A stretch of 63,929 nucleotides of DNA, filler included, from Octopus bimaculoides (GCF_001194135.2; 6 parts of 5 records of this genome joined end to end with filler, not necessarily neighbours in it); one strand, 5' to 3'. Positions 37,257-49,524 are shown, counted from the first letter of the whole stretch. Translations and numbers: made by a program. The notes: generated from the sequence alone by a model not told the origin.

Positions 37257-38955
37257 AAACGAACACACATTCATAAACTATTTAGACGCCAATTGCAACC
37301 TAGACACAGGACTACATGAACCATACATAAAGCCCAATACCAACCTAATAAAATACATAAACGCATCCAGCAACCACCCACTATTCCTCAAGAGAGGCCT
37401 AACACATAGTATAAGTAATAGGATATCACGCCACTCTTCTAGCCAAGCTATTTTTAATAAGCATAAGGAAACCTACAACATCACACTACATAAGGCAGGA
37501 TTTAACCATAAAATTAAATTCATCGAATCCAATAACCATAAAAAAGACCCAACTACAAGGAACCCAAACGCTAGAAACACACACACTACTAACACACCAA
37601 ACACCGCTGGAAGCCACACTAACGATATGGATGACAAAGATAAACATAACACATGTAATAGAAATACAATACGTCCCAAAGCCAAACCACATAACACCAA
37701 CAACAATGTAAACACCAATACCAATAATATTAAAAGGACGATTAAGGCTAACAACGAGACGAAGCAGAAATGCAATAGCCACCTGAACAAAACCAATATT
37801 AAGCAATACAATGATAAGTTTAGTATAAACGACAGGGAGACCCAGCAGACTAAAAGAAACCATATATCGGGCCTACAAATACCTAACAATACTAACAGGG
37901 AAAAAAATGAAAAGACGCATATCAAAAATAAACCCAACTATAGAAATAAATTAGATAGCCGGAAAGAAAAATTCACCAGCCTTCCCAATTATGATGGCAG
38001 GTTCTATACCAGATATGGCCATAATAGCAGCAAGAACAATAAGGATACGACCTGGCTGATCATTCCCTATAACATGGGCCTCAAATCCAACATAGTCCGC
38101 TCGCTAATGAACATAATTGATAAACACCTCAATGTGAAAACTAAATACGCAGAAATATTTAAGAACAAAATAAGAATAGGCCATAGCCTGACATGTAACT
38201 TAGCTACCATAATAGCATCTATTAATAATAAGAAATTAGACGCATTCTATACAGCTAGAAACACCACGAACAACCAAATCAACAACCCCCCAAATAATAG
38301 AACTAACTCCAACCGTAATCCAACACCCCTTACTATGAGGGACGCACACCAAAAAAACAATAGGACCACACAACAACACACAGACATAGACACCCCTTAC
38401 AACCTATGTGGCTGTAGAGACAGGAATAAATGCAATTTCTCCAATAGATGCAAGACAGATAATATAGTTTACCAATGTGACGTACAAACAAACAGCCACA
38501 CTAAATCTTACATTGGGACCACGAAAACCCAAATAGTCTTAGATATAATGAGCACCTATCTAGTTTTAAAAACAGAAATACGGCAAATTCAACAGGGCTC
38601 AGTAGGTATATCTGGGAACTAAACGACAATAAGTTAGAATATAAACTAAAGTGGCACATACTAAAAGTAGCTAATTCCTATAACCCAACCAACAGACGCT
38701 GTCAGCTCTGTTTAACTGAGTGCCTTGAGATTCTAACGGCTAAGAACGACCTATTAAACAGGAGATATGAATCTAGTCTAATCTGTCTTCACGCTACTAA
38801 ATACTCATTCTCTAAGTATAATTAAATATATAATACACTACACCTCCTAAGCTAAACTAAATATGCATAAAAGAACCTTCCCTCTAAGTATCATTAATTA
38901 TAAGTAGATACGAATAAGACCAGAGTTAGCCCCCTTTTCAGCTAAATTTAAGGTT

Positions 38956-38989
38956 ACTTCCTGTACTAACACCGCCGGTGCTATAAATA
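38956..38989 (+). promoter_or_regulatory. Candidate pLTR promoter (ACTTCCTGT and TATAAATA)
   Basis: Motif match only, about 240 nt upstream of the hammerhead. Confidence 0.25.
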
Positions 38990-39223
38990 TACGACGGATC
39001 CCTTAATCATAAAATCACGTGGAGATGCACTTGATTAAACCCGGAATAATGAGCTTAAATAGCACCCATCCTACATCCCCCTACAGGAAGACCAACACAA
39101 CTTCAACTAAAACGTAAGGCTTGCTTTACCTATCGCTATTATTACACCACCATATACATTAATATACCCACCAATCACTTCTCCTACATCCCTCGCACCA
39201 CGAAATCTCAACATACTCCTCAA

Positions 39224-39275
39224 CATTCTGATGAGATCTGCCAAACCATTGGCTAGATTGAAACGTACGTAAATG
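39224..39275 (+). ncRNA. Type I hammerhead ribozyme, intact consensus
   Basis: CATT-CTGATGA-GATCT-GCCA-aaccat-TGGC-t-AGATT-GAAA-C-GTAC-G-TA|AATG. All core nucleotides are present and helices I, II and III pair. Confidence 0.9.
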
Positions 39276-39712
39276 ACTATAACATAACATTCACAATGAC
39301 TCACTACATAACCTCAACCTCGACAATGACTCATTACATAACCTCCACACAATAAAACAACGGCTACCTAGCCCAACAGAACTGCTTCTTCTCGTATTTA
39401 TTGCTCCATTCTCCACATAAATATATNNNNNNNNNNNNNNNNNNNNNNNNNNNNNNNNNNNNNNNNNNNNNNNNNNNNNNNNNNNNNNNNNNNNNNNNNN
39501 NNNNNNNNNNNNNNNNNNNNNNNNNNNNNNNNNNNNNNNNNNNNNNNNNNNNNNNNNNNNNNNNNNNNNNNNNNNNNNNNNNNNNNNNNNNNNNNNNNNN
39601 NNNNNNNNNNNNNNNNNNNNNNNNNNNNNNNNNNNNNNNNNNNNNNNNNNNNNNNNNNNNNNNNNNNNNNNNNNNNNNNNNNNNNNNNNNNNNNNNNNNN
39701 NNNNNNNNNNNA

Positions 39713-39747
<35 letters not shown>

Positions 39748-40185
39748 GGGTATGTAAACGCATAAATATATGTCTATTGGCATCCATACATATGAGTATG
39801 CATGTACATATCCCTATATCAGTGTGTAAGTCTATTTACGTATGTATATGTAAATCTACGTACGCCTGTGTAAAGTAATTATTTTATTTGACAATATCCA
39901 GGTATATTAATTATTGTCTCCCTTTCATTACTAACAATTACAAACATTTCGTTTGTTTTCCTCTCTTTGAAAATATGTACAACAAAAATATACCCACCTA
40001 TAATAATAAGAAGTATTTCGACATGCATTAACGAAAAAAATTTATTATATACTAAATGGCTCTATATCTGATTATGTATAAGTTTATCACGTAATTCCTT
40101 CTTAGACTCCTTTACTCGCATAGTATTTATTGAGTTCTCTCTCTCTCTCCCTCTCTCTCTCTCTCTCTCNNNNNNNNNNGTTCTC

Positions 40186-40223
<38 letters not shown>

Positions 40224-40307
40224 ATGTGTGTATATATATGTTTAATATACCTTCATATATATATATATATAAGTATACATATATATATATATATATAATA
40301 AATATAC

Positions 40308-40341
<34 letters not shown>

Positions 40342-41799
40342 ATAAACATGATTACATACGTGCATACATGCATATGCATCCATCCATCCATACATACATA
40401 CATACATACATACATACGTACATAAAGCATTCATACATACTTATATAAGCTTTGTAAATAAAAGCATAATTTACATAAATTGCATATTGAAAAGTTTATT
40501 GAAAACTAATTGCGGAGAAATTTTTTAAATCAATTGAAATAACTTGTAAATTTGTTGGTTTCTTAAAATCAAATGAAACATTCAATATTTGACCTCGGTA
40601 GCCTCTTTAATGCATGAATTCTTACTCTTTGTTTATTATATTTGCGTCTTGTAAATTTCTTCATACATTTTCTATTATGCTTTTCAAATTGGTAAATTTC
40701 TTTATTGAAAATATTTCTTTGAATATTTGCTATATCTTCTCGTGTATAGACTTCTTGTTGGCCATTCTAGAACATGTATCCTGTTTGCCATTCTGCTATT
40801 GAGCAACCTTTAACTAGTTTTCCTTGCATAGTCTTATTCATGTTCTTGTAAAAACACCAAACGTTCAATCTTAATGGAGCATTTCTAAGCCAATTTAATT
40901 AAATTTTGCAGATAAAACGTAGTTGTTTTGTTGTTTTCAATCAAAACATTCATGTTTCAACGTTTCTATGGTCTTATATTGAAATTTCCTTTTAAGAGAG
41001 CTCTTCAAAAGTTTCAGTTCTCTAACGAAAATTACTATAATACTTTTATTATTATTAATATTCTGTCCAAGACTGTAAAGTTCATAAGCGGTGTGGCACT
41101 TAAATTTAACTAACTAAAACTACAAATGCAAAATCATTCCAAGAGGTATTTAAATTCAAAGAATAAGTCGGAAGCAAAATACTCAAGTGCCCTACACCTC
41201 ATACTCCAACTATGTTGACGTGCCTTCCTCTACATAGATTGATTTTCAACATTTCCATAGAATCACTTTTGTAGTATAATGACTGAAATTTATGTAAGAA
41301 TATGTAAATGATTGCAATTAATACATTGTATACCTTTCATTTCATGTTCTAAATACTGTGTGCACAAGTATCGATATATGTATATCGATAAGTAGATTCA
41401 AAGGTTGGAATTCATGCATGTATATACATACAGACACACACACACACACACACACACATACACATATNNNNNNNNNNNNNNNNNNNNNNNNNNNNNNNNN
41501 NNNNNNNNNNNNNNNNNNNNNNNNNNNNNNNNNNNNNNNNNNNNNNNNNNNNNNNNNNNNNNNNNNNNNNNNNNNNNNNNNNNNNNNNNNNNNNNNNNNN
41601 NNNNNNNNNNNNNNNNNNNNNNNNNNNNNNNNNNNNNNNNNNNNNNNNNNATATATAAGTATATATTCGTGTGAGTGAGTGTATGTATGTGTATACATAC
41701 ATACATACGGAGTATTTATAGCGTAAAAGGAAACGTATAGGAAGTATTAATCGCCTTCATTTACATATCCTTATATTAATTTCAGTCAATACACTACCG

Positions 41800-41983
41800 A
41801 AGGTGCAGCAAGCGCGAGTGGGGCGTAAGGCGATTACATCGAGCCCAGTGCCCAACAGTTACTTATTTTCTCTATCCCGAAAGGATGAAAGGCAAAAGCG
41901 ACCTCAGCGTTATCTGAGCTCAGAGTCAATACAAACGAAATACTGTTAATCGGCGCGCTAACGATTTTGCCAGCTCCCTGCCT
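41800..41983 (-). mobile_element. SINE group B copy
   Basis: CCCGAAAGGATGAAAGGCAAAAGCGACCTC core, GCGCTAACGATTTTGCCAGCT head. Confidence 0.75.
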
Positions 41984-42119
41984 ACAATATGTATATATAT
42001 ATACAAATAATCAGAAAATGGAGAAAACGTTAGATCAACAAACACATCGATTGGACCACATACTACGTTAATTTCTTTTCTACTTATCTTAGTATAATTC
42101 ATAGCACAACATAGACACG

Positions 42120-42330
42120 GGTAAAGTTGACATGTTTCTCAGTGACATTCACCATGGTACAGAATGTGGCAAAGCTGGCCCTTTGAAAAACAAGTACTAC
42201 TCATTTTTACATGCTGAGTGGAGTGGAGCAACGTTAAATGCAGCGTTTTGCCCAACGGTAAAACACGCGACCACGTAGGGAACTTACTATCTGGCAATCT
42301 TTACCCAACTACCCTAACCACTTAGCCACA
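42120..42330 (-). mobile_element. SINE group C hybrid copy
   Basis: Head and CORE-like block as in 16977. The downstream GGGCCAGCTTTGCCACA...TGAGAAAC block is as in 12662. Confidence 0.6.
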
Positions 42331-42358
42331 TATGTATATACGTGTGTGNNNNNNNNNN

Positions 42359-42403
<45 letters not shown>

Positions 42404-43109
42404 CGTGTGTGTTTTCAGATATCAAAACACGTATAGTAATAAACGAACGGAAAACAGACACAGAAGATCAAAACGAAAATCATATACTAAAGGCAATGAC
42501 GAACGGAAAACAAAGACGGAACAACACCACATAGATATGTAGATAAACAGATATATGCACGCATAAATTGTCTGAATGACACGTTCAAGCAGCTAGGTAA
42601 TGAGAATTTATGATTACAAATACGTTTTCACATAAACTGAAGTGCTTGCCCTAACCCCACACACGCATTAAATTGCACATGCACGAATTGAATAATAATC
42701 CCGCATTTTACCCGCACATAATTGTATCAGACACAAACGGACGTCGCACTCTCACACACATTGACACACAAAGTTCCACATCTATTCTCTAACGAACAGT
42801 TACTTTCTTTCTCCGCATTGAATGTTGCACAGTGTGGATCATTTTTCAGATTTTTTTACGGTCCCTTCCTTTTAATGATTTCACTAAGTATCTTGTGTGC
42901 CTCACCGTACTCGTAGCTGTTCATGACACAGCCATTTTTCAGAAATCTATGACAATTACGTCCTTGCCTTACCAGCAAAAGAGTCACTATAACTTTCTCT
43001 GTCCGAAATTATCTCTTAATATACTTAGGCACTGGAGAAGATTTGTGACGTCATTCAATGGACAAAACCCTCACTTAAGAATCTTAATTATATGCTTAAG
43101 TTTCATTCT

Positions 43110-43333
43110 TATTTCTTTATTGCCCACAAGGGGCTAAATATAGAGGGGACAAACAAAGAGATTAAGTCGATTACATCGACCCCAGTGCGTAACTGGTACT
43201 TAATTTATCGACCCCGAAAGGATGAAAGGCAAAGTCAACCTCGGCGGAATTTGAACTCAGAACGTAGCTGCAGACGAAATACCGCTAAGCATTTCGCCCG
43301 GCGTGCTAATGTTTCTGCCAGCTCGCCGCCTTA
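43110..43333 (-). mobile_element. SINE group B, young copy with alternative tail and perfect 12-bp TSD
   Basis: AAGTTTCATTCT at 43098-43109 and 43334-43345. Tail TTTAGCCCTTGTGGGCAATAAAGAAATA. Confidence 0.9.
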
Positions 43334-43482
43334 AAGTTTCATTCTGTCACCAAATCGGAAAAGATTTGACTTCAAAGTTTCAAACAGGTAAGAAAAAGCA
43401 TCGGGACTTAGGAAAATATGGCAGTCAGAACTCTCCTTTTACAACAAAACAATAACCCACAATGCATTGACAGAACCGGTGC

Positions 43483-44790
43483 TGATCCTAACGTTTGAAA
43501 TACTTGATTGGTTTGTATAGGAAATCCACTCCATAGATATCAAAACCCTCAAAATCCTGAAAACAACTGGAAACTTCCACAGAAACAGTGATGTTGACAG
43601 GCTCTACCAAAGAAGAAATGAGGTGGTAGAGGCCTGAGATCAATGCAGACTGCCTTCGAATGCCGTACGGTATCACTGAGACAGCACCTGCTAAAAAGCA
43701 GCAGGAGTCATGAATATATAAATGCAGTGCTGAAACGTGAAGTGAGCAGCATTTTACGAGTTGGCAGTGAGCACCTCAAGAAGCACCTTTTTCCAGATTA
43801 TCTCCTATACAGCCCCAAAGCAGTTGGGCTCTCTTACCCCAGAGAATACCTAGACGGAAAGCACTCAGCATGCAAAAAGGACTATATGTGAGTATGTTGC
43901 CCGGAAGCTTGAAAAAGGCAGTAGAATTGATACGAAGCGCAGCCTCTCTTGGACACAAGACCACTACATCACATCACATTTTGAGGGCTATGAGCTTGTA
44001 ATCCCGGAACAAAGTACCACAAAGTACCTGGTGAACAAGAGAGGCAATGACGCTCTTGTAATCTCAAGGTGCAACCGCATGTGTAGGTTATGTCATGTTC
44101 CTGTGGAAGACATCACGCATATGATTAGCAGCTGACCTAAAATGTCGTCACGGTACTACCACCCTATGCGGCATGATGCTGTTGCTAAAGTAATTTACAA
44201 TGCCATTCGCAAACAAGACTGGTCTGAAATAAAATGAGAAAATCCCTCTTTTATGGAATACATTCATGAATACCAACTCAAGGGATACTAGTGGAATATT
44301 CTCATCAAAACGTCTGTCAAATGAAAGCATAATAGGCCGGATATTGCTGCTTGGGGCAGAGGGGCAAATGTATGCACCATCATAGAGGCCAGATGCTCTT
44401 CAGATATTAATATCTCTTTGAGAATCAAAGGAAAAGAGGATATCTATTGACAACTGCTTCGAAATATCCAGCTTCTATATCCAGACTGTGAATTCATATT
44501 CATACCAATAATAATTGGAGGACTAGGTTTAGTTAGTAAATGCTTAAAGGAGAATCTGGATAAACTGAGATTTTCAGAAAGAGAAATCGACCGGCTAATT
44601 CGTACATTACAAGTGCAATCTGTGAATGGAATAGTAAAAATATGCAAGATTTGTCTTATGTTCTAAATGTGAATTTGTCTGTGTTAACGACATCCCAAAA
44701 ATGGAGTCTTGTGTCTTTGTTGAAAACCGGCTACCTCCTTAGTGGAAGATTTATAATAATTTAAAAAGAAAACAAAAGATTCAAATACAT
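43483..44790 (+). mobile_element. R4/Dong-clade LINE 3' part (RT C-terminus, CCHC knuckle, restriction-like endonuclease), degenerate
   Basis: HRNSDVDRLY..GGRGL, CRLCHVPVEDITHMISS, RHDAVAK, HNRPDI, IIE...KEDIY, IPIIIGGLG. Confidence 0.88.
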
Positions 44791-44794
44791 ACAT

Positions 44795-45978
44795 AGGCGC
44801 AGAAGTGGCTATTTGGTAAGTAGCTTGCTTACCAACCATATGGTTCCAGGTCCAGCCCCACGGCGTGGTATCTTGGGCAAGTGTCTGCTACTATAGCCTC
44901 AGGNNNNNNNNNNNNNNNNNNNNNNNNNNNNNNNNNNNNNNNNNNNNNNNNNNNNNNNNNNNNNNNNNNNNNNNNNNNNNNNNNNNNNNNNNNNNNNNNN
45001 NNNNNNNNNNNNNNNNNNNNNNNNNNNNNNNNNNNNNNNNNNNNNNNNNNNNNNNNNNNNNNNNNNNNNNNNNNNNNNNNNNNNNNNNNNNNNNNNNNNN
45101 NNNNNNNNNNNNNNNNNNNNNNNNNNNNNNNNNNNNNNNNNNNNNNNNNNNNNNNNNNNNNNNNNNNNNNNNNNNNNNNNNNNNNNNNNNNNNNNNNNNN
45201 NNNNNNNNNNNNNNNNNNNNNNNNNNNNNNNNNNNNNNNNNNNNNNNNNNNNNNNNNNNNNNNNNNNNNNNNNNNNNNNNNNNNNNNNNNNNNNNNNNNN
45301 NNNNNNNNNNNNNNNNNNNNNNNNNNNNNNNNNNNNNNNNNNNNNNNNNNNNNNNNNNNNNNNNNNNNNNNNNNNNNNNNNNNNNNNNNNNNNNNNNNNN
45401 NNNNNNNNNNNNNNNNNNNNNNNNNNNNNNNNNNNNNNNNNNNNNNNNNNNNNNNNNNNNNNNNNNNNNNNNNNNNNNNNNNNNNNNNNNNNNNNNNNNN
45501 NNNNNNNNNNNNNNNNNNNNNNNNNNNNNNNNNNNNNNNNNNNNNNNNNNNNNNNNNNNNNNNNNNNNNNNNNNNNNNNNNNNNNNNNNNNNNNNNNNNN
45601 NNNNNNNNNNNNNNNNNNNNNNNNNNNNNNNNNNNNNNNNNNNNNNNNNNNNNNNNNNNNNNNNNNNNNNNNNNNNNNNNNNNNNNNNNNNNNNNNNNNN
45701 NNNNNNNNNNNNNNNNNNNNNNNNNNNNNNNNNNNNNNNNNNNNNNNATAAATATATATATATATATTTATATATATGTGCATGCATGTGTGTATATATG
45801 ATTGTGTGCCTGTGTTTGTCCCCACAACATCGCTTGACAACTGATGCCGGTGTGTTTACGTCCCCGTAATTTAATGGTTCGGCAAAAGAGAACGATAGAA
45901 TAAGTACTAGGCTTACAAAGAATAAGTCCTGGGGTCAAAATACCGAAACAAGTAAAGGAATAAAAGAATAAAAGAATG
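44795..45978 (+). mobile_element. SINE group A spanning an N gap at its internal microsatellite
   Basis: Head at 44795-44903, 3' half at 45790-45978. Confidence 0.75.
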
Positions 45979-46959
45979 CATGAATATATACATACATACA
46001 TACATACATACACCTATACACGCACACTGTTATAACACTTCTGTAATTTACCGTCATTTCTTAAATCGTATTTTCAATCCTTGATGTTAACCTTTACCTC
46101 ATTACTAAGTACTTTTATATCGAAAGTAGGACATTTTGCTCAATATTTCTATTATAATTATAATTACTCGCAAAACTTTATACGTATCCGATTTGTATAC
46201 TGATCAATAAATAACTCTCTATCATCAACAACAAGACTCTTGACACTTCCGGACAGCAGTAATGGAGAATAAGTTAGCTGATACTTCAGTCTCTCGATGC
46301 ACTAGGAGAACAATGCAGAATATTTTCATCTAGTCTTCACTGATATAATTTCAGTAATATGGCAACAATGTATAGTTTGTATGACTTGCTTTTAACGGTA
46401 AAAAGTATACTGTCTCTCGACAAACTGAGAAAACAAAAGGTTTTCAAACTATTTAACTTCACGTAGTCCACCAATTACTAATCTTTAGAAATGAATGAAC
46501 ATCATATCTCATCAGTTCTTTTCCATTATAAGTACAGTACATCTATTTATCTGTTTATTTTATAAAGTATTGTTACTTACAAGTCGTCAACGGGACAATC
46601 ACTGGTTGACTGAATGTCTGCCTTCTATAGGTTTAAAGCTATCCATCTAAATAATTGCAGAGTAACAACCTGAAGGGATTTTTGATAAAGCACCTATGTG
46701 TATGTGTCAGTCAGTGCGCGCGTGTGGGTATGTGTTTGATTGTGCTTGTGTGTGTATATATGTATGTGCGTGCACATACGAAATTGCTTTCTGAACATAT
46801 TCGTTCACAAATCAAATTCCACTGTAAGCGTATTGGTCAGACGAAGGTTAGAGTAGAAGACCCCACTCTCAGATTGACAAGAACTGGAATCGAACTAAAA
46901 AATCAAAAGCAAAACAACGTTTCAGTAATTTCTCATTCAAATCTAGTTTCAAATTAGGT

Positions 46960-47330
46960 TTATTTCCTCCGTAAGTATCCTTCTGAGACATCCTTGCTTG
47001 TTCCATTGGATGTTCCCGCTTATTTCCTTGAGTTCCTTGCTACAAAGTTTTGAAATAAATTCTGATCATTATCACAGAATGAATTGTGGGATTCCAGTTT
47101 CAAATCTCTCTTTTGCTTTTTAATCTATTTCCGTTCCTTTATCTTGATCTAAAGCATTTGTTTATATATAATTAATATTCAGTTTGTCTGATTAATACTA
47201 ATGACCGCTTTATAGAAAGGGAATCTTTTGATTTTTTTATGTTCCACTTTTACGCATATCAGATTCCCTTTGCACGCTTCTAAGTTTTTCTCGCTATACT
47301 TCTGCTATATTGCAATAGTTTTCAATTTCT
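46960..47330 (-). mobile_element. Possible DDE integrase remnant (Ginger/Gypsy-like)
   Basis: GIPQFIL..DND.SEFISK-like sequence across broken frames. Confidence 0.2.
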
Positions 47331-47988
47331 ATCAATGCACTTCATCCACATGTGCTGAAAGGTGTAATCTTATCGAGATCAACTTTGCAGTGGATTCTTC
47401 TGAACACTGTAGGTGTACTCAGGAGTTGTTGTTTAAGTTCTTCAACTCTCTTATATTCCAGTTACAAATATTAACGCTGTAGATTATAATGTAGGTGACA
47501 CATATTTAATCCTATTACACTATTTCAGCTGTCTCTAATATTAGCTCGACATTTCGGTAATGCTCGTTAATAATTTTCTCCTTCATTTGTTTGTATCGTA
47601 TATTATTAATTTCACCTACAGTTAGGTAATGATCTAATTCTCCAAGCCAGGTTTGGTATGTAATTTAGCATTCTTAATTTTAGTTAATATGATTGGTACC
47701 TTTGATATAGTTATCTAATCCTATATGCATTGGTTTCTTGACAAATTTCTCAGCTATGTCATTCATAAAAAAGAAACAGTTTATATTTTGTTCGTAGCAT
47801 TTACATTCAAATGTGGTATTGTTTTTACAGATTTTTAATGACCTCGAAGGAAGTGGTCATTGTGAAATATTACTCTTATGGATATAAGACTGCTTTTACT
47901 CACCTTGGTGTTGTACTTTTGTTTTACCATTACCTGTGACATCACTGATATATTTCGTTAGCGTTAGACCTGCATTATTCATTTAGAG

Positions 47989-48246
47989 TAGCGTTTCGCA
48001 ACCATTGTTTGCTTATGAACCCCTTTGATTTCTACATTTGGTCGAGAGAATCCGCATAGCAACCCGATATTTAAAAATTCCTCTTACATTATTATAGTTA
48101 ACCATTATTAAGGATTGTATAAACAAAACATTCTTAAAATATTTTGTGTATTGGAGAAGTATTAACAATTTATTGCACATAAATTTTAACAAGAAAATCT
48201 TATATGGACCCCCAATGGCCATATGGACTCCGGTTGAGAACCACTG
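47989..48246. mobile_element. hAT (Charlie-like) MITE
   Basis: Right TIR GGTTGAGAACCACTG, degraded left TIR TAGCGTTTCGCAAACC. 8-bp TSD ATTTAGAG (47981-47988) / ATTTAGGG (48247-48254). Confidence 0.8.
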
Positions 48247-48277
48247 ATTTAGGGGTATCCAGTTTTTACCTATTTAG

Positions 48278-48343
48278 ACTGCTCTCAATCTCTTTCGGTA
48301 TTCAATCCAGGCCATATTAACTTTTGGATCACAAGCTGCTGCG
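48278..48343 (+). CDS. Candidate phase 0-0 exon (TALNLFRYSIQAILTFGSQAAA)
   Basis: Acceptor tttttacctatttag|, donor GCG|gtgagc, 66 nt open. Confidence 0.3.
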
Positions 48344-48405
48344 GTGAGCAGTTACACATTCTTATCGAACATAATGTGTTACTCATGTAACCTATTGTTT
48401 TCCAG

Positions 48406-48481
48406 CCTGATGTAGTATATGGATGTAAGAATGTGTATGCTTTTAGCAAACAAGTTCTAATACAAGCAGGTTCCAAGCCAA
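48406..48481 (+). CDS. Candidate following exon (PDVVYGCKNVYAFSKQVLIQAGSKP); 3' end uncertain
   Basis: Acceptor cctattgttttccag| after a 62-nt intron, in frame with the previous exon. Possible donors after 48424 or 48481. Confidence 0.25.
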
Positions 48482-49524
48482 GTAATATAAGAACAAAAAC
48501 AACAATAACAACAATCAACACTATTTTCTCTTCTAGCCATGGGTTTAAAAGATACAATAAATGCAATGTACATTCACACAGATTTAAAAAATTTTTCCTG
48601 TGGTTAAATGAGTGGAAAAGTAAAAGACCTGAATGATATCAAGCAAAAAAACATTGGAACAATTCAAATTTCGTTTTCGAGAAACAAGTATGAAGTTCTG
48701 TACATGGTTTTATAAAATGCACAACTAAATCTTGTATGAAATTTAAAATCCAGGAACTTTAGTCGGAGTACATAGCTATAATGATTTCGCATCCCTTCGG
48801 GTTGTCCTCTCCAATTCCTCAAATCAGTGTTCAACACTAATGATTCCAGAATCTTCTCTGAAGATCATGTGGATCAGAATGGTTGAGAAAAGGCGTACAT
48901 AAAGGAAATATGCTATAATATATCCAGCACACTTTAGTATATTTTATATATATTTGGTTCTTTAGATTTTGATCCCGCTCCTGATCTGAACTTCATCCTC
49001 ACTCATTGCGTTAATTTTCGCATTAGATATTGACCTTTGGAATGGCTGAGAAATTTATATTTTGGAGTTTCTTTCATCGCTTTAATGGGAGATGGAGTTT
49101 TTCTTGGTATTGCTTTCTGTGGTGCCGTCTTGGGACTAGAAATTACCTTGCCTTTTAGATGTTATAATTCTATTGTCTATTCTTTTAAGCATAATGTGGA
49201 AAACACAAGTAATTTGGCTCCATTATTAATATCTGGGCTTTCTGCCTTGGGTGCTGCTGAGAGTTGACGCCGTCTTCTGAACATTCTTTACACGGTACAG
49301 TTATGGTAACAGTTTCGTGATTTTGTGACCCATATTGTACCACAAAAGTGACTTCGATTCAGAGGTTAACTCGTCAATGTATTTATTTCATCCTTTCAAA
49401 TGTCGTGGAACGACTTTATGGATAGATGTGCAATTTAAGTTTTATCCGTTTTGGGTTGTTTTACTTTTTTTTTTTTTGAAAGTGGTGCAAACTGTGTCAC
49501 ACGCCCTACATATCCAAATAAAAG

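Larger units (their letters stand above)
37257..39420 (+). mobile_element. Penelope-like element (C-terminal GIY-YIG, probably Hydra-type), 5'-truncated, with 3' pLTR
   Basis: Open frame from 37261 (YLDANCNLDTGLHEPYIKPN..YINASSNHP, RT thumb) to CGCRDRNKC, IVYQC, YIGT. After one frameshift near 38530 it continues RYNEHLSSF..LSRYIWEL..CQLCLTE..LLNRR..C.H to a stop at 38825. Flanked by (TA)n. Confidence 0.9.

Noticed and set aside
37473-37937. Hydrophobic 154-aa membrane-like ORF
   Set aside because: Antisense shadow of the A/C-rich PLE linker. The same applies to 29564-29932.
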